Below, piece after piece: positions 27,124-35,234 of a stretch of 64,000 nt of DNA. This DNA comes from Thermoanaerobaculia bacterium. Lineage in GTDB: Bacteria > Acidobacteriota > Thermoanaerobaculia > Gp7-AA8. The notes beneath the pieces are model-generated. The model ran no database searches, was not told the origin of the DNA, and was given only the letters and a program-made list of their open reading frames with translations. Every line of letters begins with the position of its first letter. The first letter of the stretch is position 1. The translations under genes and the position numbers were made by a program. The stretch is taken from contig JBAZBK010000014.1 of the NCBI GenBank assembly GCA_041671505.1, positions 20,395 to 84,394 of the forward strand, written 5' to 3'.

Positions 27124-28473
27124 TCACGCCCTGTCCGTCGAAACTCCGAGCGCCTTGATGCGGTCGTAAAGCGTCCGCCGCGCCACGCCGAGAATCACCG
27201 CGGCCTCCGCGACGTTTCCGCCCGTCCGCCGGAGCACCCGTGCGATGTGCAGCCGCTCGTTCTCGCGCAGCGACAGCGAGTCGTCTCCCTGTCCTGCGGC
27301 CTGTGCGCCGCGCGAGCCGAGCCGGAGGTCCTCCGCCCGCAGCCGCTCGCCCCGCTGAAGGATCATCGCCCGCTCGAGGACGTTCGTGAGCTCGCGGATG
27401 TTGCCCGGCCAGGCATAGGCCCGCAACGCCGCGATCGACTCGTCGTCGAGCGCCACTTCGGGTTTGCCCATCCGCGAGCAGATGCCGTGAAGGATCGTCC
27501 GCGCGAGAATCTCGACGTCCGCTCCCCTCTCGCGCAGCGGAGGAATCCGGAGCGTCAGCGTGCTGACGCGGTAGTAAAGGTCGTCCCGGAAGCTCTTCGA
27601 CTTCACGAGATCCTCGAGGTCGAGGTTCGTGCTCGCGATCAGGCGGATGTCGACGTGCCGGTCGCGCACCGCGCCTAACCGCCGGAAGCTCTTTTCCTCG
27701 ATCGCCTTGAGAAGCTTCGGCTGGATCGCGAGATCCATGTCGCCGATCTCGTCGAGAAAGACGATCCCCTTGTTGCCGACCTCGAGCAGCCCCTGCTTCG
27801 CGTTGACTGCGCCGGTGAAGGCGCCGCGCTCGTAGCCGAAGAGCTCGGACTCGAGCAGCTCGCGCGAGAGCCCGGCACAGTTGACGTTGACGAACGGCTC
27901 GTCGGCCCGTGGGCTGTTGGCGTGAATCCATCGCGCGAGCACACCCTTGCCCGCCCCGGTCTCGCCAAGGATCAGGATCGGGCTGTCCCACTCGAGCATG
28001 CGGCGCGCCTGCTGGCCGAGGTCGCGGATCAGCGCGCTCTCGCCGAGGAAGGGATCGGGGCCGCCCGACTGCTCGCGCGCGGCGAGCGCCTGGCGCCGCC
28101 TGAGTTGCCGCTGCTCGATGAGACGGCGGACCAGCACGAGCAGCGTCCTGGAGTCGACCGGCTTCGTCAGAAACTGCTCGGCTCCTTCCTTGATCGCGCG
28201 CACGGCCAGATCGATCGATCCGTGCGCCGTGAGGATGATGAACGGCGTTTCTTCGCTCAATCGCTTCACGTGCGGAAGCATCTCGAGCGAGGTGCCGTCG
28301 GGAAGGCTGTAATCGGCGACGACCACCTCGTGCACCGACTCGCGGAAGCTCTCGATCGCCTGGCGGAGCGTCTCCGCCTCATCGACGTCGATTCCGCTCG
28401 CGCGAAGAAACGCCGCGATTCCGTGGCGCACCGCCGAGTCGTCTTCGACGAGCAGGATCTTCGGGTTAGGCAT
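27124..28473 (-). CDS. Sigma-54-dependent Fis-family response regulator (NtrC-like)
   Basis: Receiver domain (LLVEDD...D). AAA+ sigma-54 interaction domain (GETGAGKGVLARWIH, GAFTGA, ESELFGYERGAFTGA). C-terminal Fis-type HTH. Confidence 0.9.
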   Translation of the reverse strand: MPNPKILLVEDDSAVRHGIAAFLRASGIDVDEAETLRQAIESFRESVHEVVVADYSLPDGTSLEMLPHVKRLSEETPFIILTAHGSIDLAVRAIKEGAEQFLTKPVDSRTLLVLVRRLIEQRQLRRRQALAAREQSGGPDPFLGESALIRDLGQQARRMLEWDSPILILGETGAGKGVLARWIHANSPRADEPFVNVNCAGLSRELLESELFGYERGAFTGAVNAKQGLLEVGNKGIVFLDEIGDMDLAIQPKLLKAIEEKSFRRLGAVRDRHVDIRLIASTNLDLEDLVKSKSFRDDLYYRVSTLTLRIPPLRERGADVEILARTILHGICSRMGKPEVALDDESIAALRAYAWPGNIRELTNVLERAMILQRGERLRAEDLRLGSRGAQAAGQGDDSLSLRENERLHIARVLRRTGGNVAEAAVILGVARRTLYDRIKALGVSTDRA

Positions 28474-30361
28474 GAATCACCTCGAGCGCCGCCGCGTGGG
28501 CGCGGGGCATCGGGAGGCGAAGTGTCAGGAGCGCACCGCCACCCTGCCTGTTCGCCGCGGTGACGCTTCCGCCATGCTCCTCGACGACGCGCCTGACGAT
28601 CGACAGGCCGAGGCCCGTCCCCCCTCTGCGCCGCGTGAAGAACGGCTCGAACGCGCGCGCGAGAGCCTCGGGGTCGAAGCCCGAGCCGCGGTCTTCGACC
28701 GTGAACACCGACCACGCCTGGCGATCGACCTGTTCGGTTCGTCCCGCGACGCTCACGACGCTTCCGGCGGGGGCATGGAACAGCGCGTTCTCGATCAGGT
28801 TGCGGAAGACCTGCTGCAACCGGAAGGCGTGCAGCGGCAGGACCAGGTTGTCGTCCTCGAACTCGACCACGAGCCGGCAGCCCCGCTCGCTCGAGAGCGC
28901 CGCGCACGAGCGGGCCGCCTCGTCGACCAGCGTGCGCACGCGGCACGGCTCCGCGCGCAGCGTCCGCGGCTCGCCATAGTCGCGAAGGTCGTTCATCAGG
29001 CTCAGGATCCTGTTGCAGCTGTCGCGAAGAGCCGCGACGAAGGGGCGGTAGCGCGGCTCGTCGCCGAACGTCGCTTCGAGCGCGTCGAGGTTCACGCCGA
29101 TTCCGAACGCCGGGTTCCGCATCTCGTGAACGACGCCTCCGACGAGCGCGCGCAGCGATTCTTCTGCGCGACGGCGATCGGTGATGTCGGTGCAGAGCCC
29201 CGCGATTCGAGCCGGCCTGCCGTCCTCGGTCCAGCTCACCACCTTGCCGGCGTCGAACAGCCAGAGCCAGTCGCCCGAGCCGGTCAGGATCCGGTACTCG
29301 GCCTGGAACCTCGGGCTATGTCCCTCGACGTGCAGTCGTATCGCGCGCTCGACGCCGTCACGGTCGTCGGGATGGATCTTCGCGAACCCCGCGTCGAGCG
29401 TCCCCTCCACATCGTCGGGAGCAAGGCCGAGCATCTCGAACCAGCGAGGGCTTCTGTAGACCGTCCCGCGCACCACGTCCCAGTCCCAGAGCCCCTGCTG
29501 CGTCCCCTCGAGCGCGTGCGCGAGCCGCTCTTCGCTCGCGCGCAGCGCCGCCTGCGCCTCGCGCAGCACCGTCGTGTCGCGCGAGATCCCGGCAATCCGG
29601 TGAATCCGTCCCCACTTGTTCCGCACCGGCGTGAGAATCGTCTGAAAGCTCCGCGTGCCACCCGCGGCCGACGGCTGCTCTTCCTCGAACTGCAGCGGAC
29701 AGCCCTCGGCGAGCACGCGCTCGATGTGCGAGCGCATGAGCCGTGCACTCTCCGGATGCAGGCACGCTTCGGGAGCCCGGCCGACGTAATCGGGATTGAG
29801 AAAATCGCCCGTCGTGTGCAGCGGCGGATTGACCGTCTCGAAGCTCAGTCCGCCGTCTTCCGCGACGCCCACGACGTAGATCCAGTCGTACAGGTTGGGG
29901 AAGAGTCCCTCGTACGAATGCGATCCCGTCCGCTCGCTCCCGCTTCCCCGGACCGCTTCGGTGAGCAGCTCGACACGTCCCCGAGCGAGCGCGAGCGAGC
30001 GCGGCAGATCGTGCGGACGGTGGATGATCTCCTGCACCCCGGCACTGAGGAGCAATGGCTCGATCGTGCCGGCGCCGCGCGGAACGCGCGCGAGAAGCGG
30101 AACGCGGGGGTAATTCGCGTGAAGCGCGTTCACGCGCGAGAGCTCGATCCGTTCCGGATCGGAGAACCAGAGCAGCACGGCATCGAGAGGTGCGGGAGGG
30201 GGATCACCCAAGGCTCTCGGATCCCATCCCTCGCCGACTTCGACAGTCTCTCCGTCCCAGAGCGCAGCCAGCGACGCGCGTGCGCCGGCGGGCGCATCGA
30301 CGACGAAGAGGCGCGCAGGGCCCGGATCGTGGCGGTCGGACTCGGAGTCGCGGAGGTTCAT
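28466..30361 (-). CDS. PAS-domain sensor histidine kinase
   Basis: Start at internal Met MNLRDSE (ATG 30359-30361). Two PAS-like regions. H-box (VHEMRNP). HATPase_c with N, G1 (DRGSGF) and G2 (GGTGLGLSI) boxes. Stop overlaps the response-regulator start by 8 bp. Confidence 0.85.
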   Translation of the reverse strand: MNLRDSESDRHDPGPARLFVVDAPAGARASLAALWDGETVEVGEGWDPRALGDPPPAPLDAVLLWFSDPERIELSRVNALHANYPRVPLLARVPRGAGTIEPLLLSAGVQEIIHRPHDLPRSLALARGRVELLTEAVRGSGSERTGSHSYEGLFPNLYDWIYVVGVAEDGGLSFETVNPPLHTTGDFLNPDYVGRAPEACLHPESARLMRSHIERVLAEGCPLQFEEEQPSAAGGTRSFQTILTPVRNKWGRIHRIAGISRDTTVLREAQAALRASEERLAHALEGTQQGLWDWDVVRGTVYRSPRWFEMLGLAPDDVEGTLDAGFAKIHPDDRDGVERAIRLHVEGHSPRFQAEYRILTGSGDWLWLFDAGKVVSWTEDGRPARIAGLCTDITDRRRAEESLRALVGGVVHEMRNPAFGIGVNLDALEATFGDEPRYRPFVAALRDSCNRILSLMNDLRDYGEPRTLRAEPCRVRTLVDEAARSCAALSSERGCRLVVEFEDDNLVLPLHAFRLQQVFRNLIENALFHAPAGSVVSVAGRTEQVDRQAWSVFTVEDRGSGFDPEALARAFEPFFTRRRGGTGLGLSIVRRVVEEHGGSVTAANRQGGGALLTLRLPMPRAHAAALEVIHA

Positions 30362-30506
30362 GCGGAGACTCTCTCCGGCGTCAGGAGCTCGTCGTCGCAT
30401 GGTGCAGTGCCACCGTGACGAGTCGCTCCAGCCGGAGCAGCTCCATTGGAAAGGTGAACGAAGGATGCGGCAAGCGTCGCCGTCACATCGAATTGTTCGT
30501 CTCTGT

Positions 30507-30750
30507 CGCCGGGACGTCCCGCCCCGGCCCCCGTCGCTTCGATCGCGTGTCCACCAAACAGCGCGCCTCTCTCCCCTCAATTGCGAAGGCCGGAGGCCTT
30601 CGCTACATGGCGCCCGGATGCGCCTTCCCCACACATCGAGCGTCGCCCCTGTAGCCGGGGCGTCCCGCCCCGGCCCCCGTCGCTTCGATCGCGTGTCCAC
30701 CAAACAGCGCGCCTCTCTCCGCACAATTGCGAAGGCCGGAGGCCTTCGCT
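30507..30750. repeat. Tandem duplication of a ~97-bp unit (two copies ~30507-30605 and ~30655-30750, >95% identical) in the leader region upstream of lysC
   Basis: Unit GCCGGGRCGTCCCGCCCCGGCCCCCGTCGCTTCGATCGCGTGTCCACCAAACAGCGCGCCTCTCTCC..CAATTGCGAAGGCCGGAGGCCTTCGCT. It ends in the hairpin GCGAAGGCC-GGA-GGCCTTCGC, which shares the GGCCGGAGGCC core with the repeats at 8071-8196. Confidence 0.7.
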
Positions 30751-30802
30751 CTAGGACGCCAGGTTGCGCCCCCCGACGCGCGCGGATACGATCGCCGGCG
30801 AC

Positions 30803-32168
30803 CATGATCGTCATCAAATTCGGCGGCACCTCGGTCGGCGAGACGAATCGCCTGCGACAGGCGATCGAGATCGTCGCCGAGCGACGCGACCGCCGTCCGG
30901 TCGTGGTCGTCTCCGCACTCGCCGGCGTCACGAACCAGCTCGTCGCCGCGACCGACGCCGCCGCCGCAGGGCGCTTCGAGGAGGCGCTCGCGCTCGTGGC
31001 CCGCATCCGCGAGCGCCACGAGGAGAGCGGCTTCGCCCTCATCGGCCAGAAGATCGATTTCTACGAATCGTTCACCGCGCAACTCGGCCGTCAGATCGAG
31101 CAGATCACCTCGGTGCTCCGCGGCGTCTCGCTCGTCGGCGAGACGAGCCCGCGCGCGAAAGATCTCGTCGTCGCCCTCGGTGAAAAGCTCTCGTCGGTCC
31201 TCTTCTCGTACGCGATGAGGACCAAGACCCTCACCGGCATCCACGTCGACTCGGGCGATGTCATCGTCACCGACGACCGCTTCGGGCAGGCGACGCCGCT
31301 CATGCCCGAGACGACCGCGGCGGCCGCGCACTCGCTCATCCCCGAGCTCGAGCGAAACCACATCCCCGTCATGGGAGGCTTCTTCGGCCGCTCCGTGTCG
31401 GGCGCCACGACGACCCTCGGCCGCGGCGGCTCCGACTACAGCGCCGCGCTCGTCGGCGCGGCGATCGGCGCCGAAGAGATCCAGATCTGGACCGATGTCG
31501 ACGGGATGATGACGTGCGATCCGCGCGTGATCCCCGCCGCGAAGGTGCTCGACCTGGTGACGTACGACGAGGCGGCGGAGCTCGCCTATTTCGGCGCGAA
31601 GGTGCTCCATCCGAAGACGCTCTGGCCCGCCGTCGACAAACAGATCGCGGTGCGCGTCCTCAACACGCACAACCCGTCGAGTCCCGGCACGTTGATCACC
31701 CGCGACGGAAAGCCGGGCGTCCACGGTGCGCGTGCGCTCGCGATGCGCAGCGGCATCACGATCGTGCAGATGACGACGACGAAGATGCTCGAGGAGTCGG
31801 GCTACCTCGCGCGTCTGTTTGACGTCTTCGGTCGGCACGGCGTCGCCGTCGACCTGGTCACGACCTCGGAAGTTTCCGTCTCGGCGACCGTCGACGATGA
31901 GAAGAAGATCGACGCCCTCGTTCGCGACCTCGCGCCGCTCGCCGCGATCGAGGTGATCCGTGATCGCGCCGTGATCGCGATCGTCGGCCGCGACCTCACG
32001 CGCGAGCCCGATGTCGCCGCGAAGCTCTTCGCGTCGCTGCACGGGATTCCCGTCTCGATGATGACTCTCGCCTCGACCGGGCTTAACCTGAGCATCGCGG
32101 TCGATGCATCGCGCGCCGACGAGGCGCTGCGGTCGATCCATCGCACGCTGTTCGAGGAGCACGCATGA
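30803..32168 (+). CDS. lysC: Aspartate kinase
   Basis: MIVIKFGGTSVG N-terminus, aspartokinase catalytic domain and two C-terminal ACT domains. 455 aa. The upstream part of track ORF 30360..32168 is non-coding repeat. Confidence 0.9.
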
Positions 32169-32845
32169 GAATCGCGCTTCATGGCCGGGGACGGATGGGA
32201 GAGCTCGTCGAGCGGATCGCCGCGGAACGAGGCCACGACGTCGCGGCGAGCTTCGACGTCGACGCGCCGATCTCCGCGGCGCGCCTGCAGGGAGTCGATG
32301 TCGTGATCGACTTCTCGCACGCATCTGCAATCGACGCCGTCGTCGACGCCTGCTGCGGCGGCGGCACGGCGCTCGTCACGGGCACCACCGGCTGGGACGA
32401 CCGGCGCGCAGCGATCGAGGCGCGCGTCCGCGACGCCGGAATCGGCTTCGTCGCGGCAGCGAACTTCTCGCCCGGCGCGACGATCGCTTTCGCGCTCGCG
32501 CGCGAGGCGGCCCGCCTCGTCGCGCTCTTCGGAGGCTACGAAGCGGGGATCGAGGAACGGCACCACTCGAAAAAGAAAGACGCGCCGAGCGGCACCGCAC
32601 TCCGCATCGCGAAGGAAGTGCGCGAAGGAAGCGACGGCGCGCTCGACCCGAAGATCGCGTCGTCGCGCGCAGGCGCCGAAGTCGGGCTCCACACGGTCTT
32701 CTTCGACTCGACCGACGACCTCGTCGAGATATCGCATCGGGCGCGCAGCCGCGAAGGCTTCGCCCGAGGGGCGGTGATCGCGGCCGAGAAGATCGTCGGC
32801 CGCGGCGGCGTCTGGCAGTTCGAGACGCTGGCGGCGGAGCCGTAG
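32165..32845 (+). CDS. dapB: 4-hydroxy-tetrahydrodipicolinate reductase
   Basis: N-terminal Rossmann region (MRIALHGRGRMGELV). Conserved E-x-HH-x-KxDxPSGTA motif (ERHHSKKKDAPSGTA). ATGA overlap with the lysC stop. Confidence 0.85.
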   Translation: MRIALHGRGRMGELVERIAAERGHDVAASFDVDAPISAARLQGVDVVIDFSHASAIDAVVDACCGGGTALVTGTTGWDDRRAAIEARVRDAGIGFVAAANFSPGATIAFALAREAARLVALFGGYEAGIEERHHSKKKDAPSGTALRIAKEVREGSDGALDPKIASSRAGAEVGLHTVFFDSTDDLVEISHRARSREGFARGAVIAAEKIVGRGGVWQFETLAAEP

Positions 32846-32854
32846 GGGCGCGGA

Positions 32855-33116
32855 GTTGTTAGTTGTTAGTTGTTAGTTGTTAGACATGACGCGAGAGGCG
32901 GGCCAGAGGCCAAAGGCCAGAGGCCAAAGCAGGCAGAGCATCGCAACGGCGTTCTCAAGGACTCGACGCTGTCGGTAAAAATGTGAGCCGCCGCACGTTC
33001 GGATGGCGCATCTACTGATACGTTACTTGATTGGATCGAACGACCCTCGACAACTAACAACTAACAACTAACAACTAACAACTAACAACTAACAACTAAC
33101 AACTAACAACTAACAG
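32855..33116. repeat. Heptamer-array-flanked cassette B: (TTGTTAG)x4 - ~170-bp core - (CTAACAA)x8
   Basis: Left GTTGTTAGTTGTTAGTTGTTAGTTGTTAGAC begins 10 bp after the dapB stop. Right CAACTAACAA(CTAACAA)n..CAGCCAACAGC ends 24 bp before the dapA ATG. The core has lower GC and an inner short tandem (GCCAGAGGCCAAAG x2). Confidence 0.75.
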
Positions 33117-33139
33117 CCAACAGCTCCCCAGGTGCACAC

Positions 33140-34039
33140 ATGATCGCTGACAAGTTTCGCGGGCTCGGTACGGCGCTGGTGACCCCCTTCAAGGCCGACG
33201 GGTCGATCGACGAGTACGGACTCGAGAAGCTCGTGACTCTCCAGATCGAAGGAGGCGTCGACTTTCTCGTGCCGTGCGGCACGACGGGAGAGAATCCGGC
33301 GCTCTCGGCGAGCGAGCATCTCCGCGTGATCGAGCTGGTGATCCGGCGCGCGAACGGCAAGGTGCCGGTGCTGGCCGGCGCGGGCAGCAACTCCACCGAC
33401 AAAGCCACCGACCTCGCTCTCGGCGCGCGCGACCTCGGCGCCGACGGCATCCTCTCGATCACCCCGTTCTACAACAAGCCAAACCCCGACGGCCTGCTCC
33501 GCCACTTCGAGACGCAGGCCGACGCGATCGACGACATGCCGATCATCCTTTACAACTGTCCCGGCCGGACCGGGCTCAACATGACCGCGACGACGACGCT
33601 TCGCATCGCGCGCGCGATCCCGAACGTCGTCGGCGTCAAAGAGGCGTCGGCGAATCTCGAGCAGATCCTCCAGATCCTCCGCGACCGGCTGAAGGACTTC
33701 CTCGTCCTCAGCGGCGACGACGCCTGGACGCTTCCCCTCATCGCGGCCGGAGCCGACGGCGTCATCTCCGTCGCCTCGAACGAGATCCCGCGGCTGATGA
33801 GCGAGCTGGTCGACGCCGCGATGCGCGACGACTTCGCCGCCGCGCGCCCGATCCACGAACGAATCCTCCCGCTCATGACCGGCAACTTCATGGAGTCGAA
33901 CCCGATCCCGGTCAAGGCGGCAATGAAGATGCTCGGCATCATCGACAACGACACCGTCCGCCTGCCTCTGGCGCCGATGTCGGACGAGAACTACGCCAGG
34001 ATGCGGGCGATACTGGCCGAATTGAGAATCGAGAACTGA
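33140..34039 (+). CDS. dapA: 4-hydroxy-tetrahydrodipicolinate synthase
   Basis: TIM-barrel DapA family with active-site Lys region (..NVVGVKEASANLEQ..) and GTTGE motif. The last six codons (ELRIEN) and stop are encoded by the first heptamers of cassette C. Confidence 0.9.
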   Translation: MIADKFRGLGTALVTPFKADGSIDEYGLEKLVTLQIEGGVDFLVPCGTTGENPALSASEHLRVIELVIRRANGKVPVLAGAGSNSTDKATDLALGARDLGADGILSITPFYNKPNPDGLLRHFETQADAIDDMPIILYNCPGRTGLNMTATTTLRIARAIPNVVGVKEASANLEQILQILRDRLKDFLVLSGDDAWTLPLIAAGADGVISVASNEIPRLMSELVDAAMRDDFAAARPIHERILPLMTGNFMESNPIPVKAAMKMLGIIDNDTVRLPLAPMSDENYARMRAILAELRIEN

Positions 34040-34174
34040 GAATTGAGAATTGAGAGAACGCAAACCGCAGGCTTCGCGAGCAGCCAGGGCTTGAGAATCT
34101 GAGATGGTCGAGCTCGCGGGTGAGAGCTCGCGCCTCTGCCATCTCTCAATTCTCAATTCCCAATTCTCAATTCC
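34019..34174. repeat. Heptamer-array-flanked cassette C: (GAATTGA/GAATCGA/GAACTGA)n - ~85-bp core - (TCTCAAT/TCCCAAT)n
   Basis: Left GAATTGAGAATCGAGAACTGAGAATTGAGAATTGAGAG overlaps the dapA 3' end. Right CTCTCAATTCTCAATTCCCAATTCTCAATTCCGC. The core has an internal palindrome (GAGCTCGCGGGTGAGAGCTCGCGCC). Same heptamer family as cassette H. Confidence 0.75.
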
Positions 34175-34197
34175 GCGATCCGAAGGAGCGCGTCACA

Positions 34198-35021
34198 TGC
34201 ATCCGACACAACAGAAGCTCGAATCTCTCGACAAGATCCACGACCGGATGGAGCAGGTCCGGATTCTCGGCCACTTCCTCGCCGATCTCGAGAAGGGGAT
34301 CATCCGCGCCGCCGAGCGCGGCGACGACGGCGTATGGGTAGCCCACGCCTGGGTGAAGGAGGGAATCCTCACCGCGTTCCGCATCGGCATCATCAACGAG
34401 TACGCCTCGGGGGCCCTCTCGTTCCTCGACAAGGACACGATTCCGCCGCGCCGCTTCCGGAAGGAAGACGGGGTGCGGGTCGTCCCGGGAGGCACCGCGG
34501 TGAGACGCGGCGCCCACATCGCGAAGGGCGTGGTGCTCATGCCCCCCTCGTACGTCAACGTCGGCGCCTTCGTCGACGAAGACACGATGATCGACTCGCA
34601 CGCCCTCGTCGGCTCGTGCGCGCAGATCGGCAAACGGGTCCACATCAGCGCAGCCGCGCAGATCGGCGGCGTGCTCGAGCCGGTTGGCGCTTTGCCGGTC
34701 GTGATCGAGGACGACGTGATCGTCGGAGGCAATTCGGGTGTCTACGAAGGGACGGTCGTCCGCCCGCGAGCCGTCATCGGCGCCGGCGTCATCCTCACTG
34801 CCTCGACCCCCGTCTACGACGCCGTTCGCCAGCAGGTCTACCGCCGCACCGCCGACCGGCCGCTCGAGATCCCTTACGGCGCCGTCGTCGTTCCCGGCAG
34901 CCGCCCCCTCACGAGCCCCTTCGGCATGGACAACGGCCTCCACATCTCCACCCCCGTCATCGTCAAGTACCGCGACGACAAGACCGACGCGGCGACGTTG
35001 CTGGAGGAGGCGCTGCGGTAG
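34198..35021 (+). CDS. dapD: 2,3,4,5-tetrahydropyridine-2,6-dicarboxylate N-succinyltransferase (DapD-like; left-handed beta-helix acyltransferase)
   Basis: Start MHPTQQKL with AAGGAG RBS 10 bp upstream. N-terminal helical DapD-type domain followed by hexapeptide repeats. 274 aa, the short DapD form. The N-acetyl-transferase DapH is not excluded. Confidence 0.7.
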
Positions 35022-35228
35022 GTCAGTGTTCAGTACTCAGTACTGAGTACTGAGTACTGAGTAAGGGCACCAGAGACGAGAGAAAAGAGAAGAGTTAAAA
35101 GTTGAGTTGACCGGGCTCCTCGGCTCCGCAACTCTTCACTCTTCTCTCTTCACTCTTCTCTCTTAACTTTTTCCGTCTTCCGTGTTCTAAACTCAGTACT
35201 CAGTACTCAGTACTCAGTACTCAGTACT
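35022..35228. repeat. Heptamer-array-flanked cassette D: outer (CAGTACT/CTGAGTA)n arrays enclosing nested element X with (AGAGAAG)/(CACTCTT CTCTCTT)n arrays
   Basis: Outer left GTCAGTGTTCAGTACTCAGTACTGAGTACTGAGTACTGAGTAAGG is itself a perfect palindrome. Outer right (CTCAGTA)x5 ends 6 bp before the aminotransferase ATG. Inner X at 35064-35172 is ~85-90% identical in its arms to 49934-50044. Confidence 0.75.
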
Positions 35229-35234
35229 AAAAAG

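Noticed and set aside
30607-30654. 15-codon mini-ORF (MAPGCAFPTHRASPL) between the two lysC-leader repeat copies, as a possible leader peptide.
   Set aside because: It has no Lys/Thr codon enrichment as expected for an aspartokinase attenuator and no RBS. Mentioned only as a hypothesis under the lysC-leader finding.
32866-33060. 64-aa ORF on the minus strand exactly spanning the core of cassette B, and similar small ORFs in other cassette cores.
   Set aside because: The boundaries are set by stop codons in the flanking heptamer arrays. There is no start context, RBS or similarity. Most likely non-coding.
32855-33116. Possible CRISPR array, given short repeated units.
   Set aside because: The units are 7 bp, directly abutting with no spacers, and occur as inverted pairs around a single core. 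Nothing about this is CRISPR-like, and no cas genes are present.
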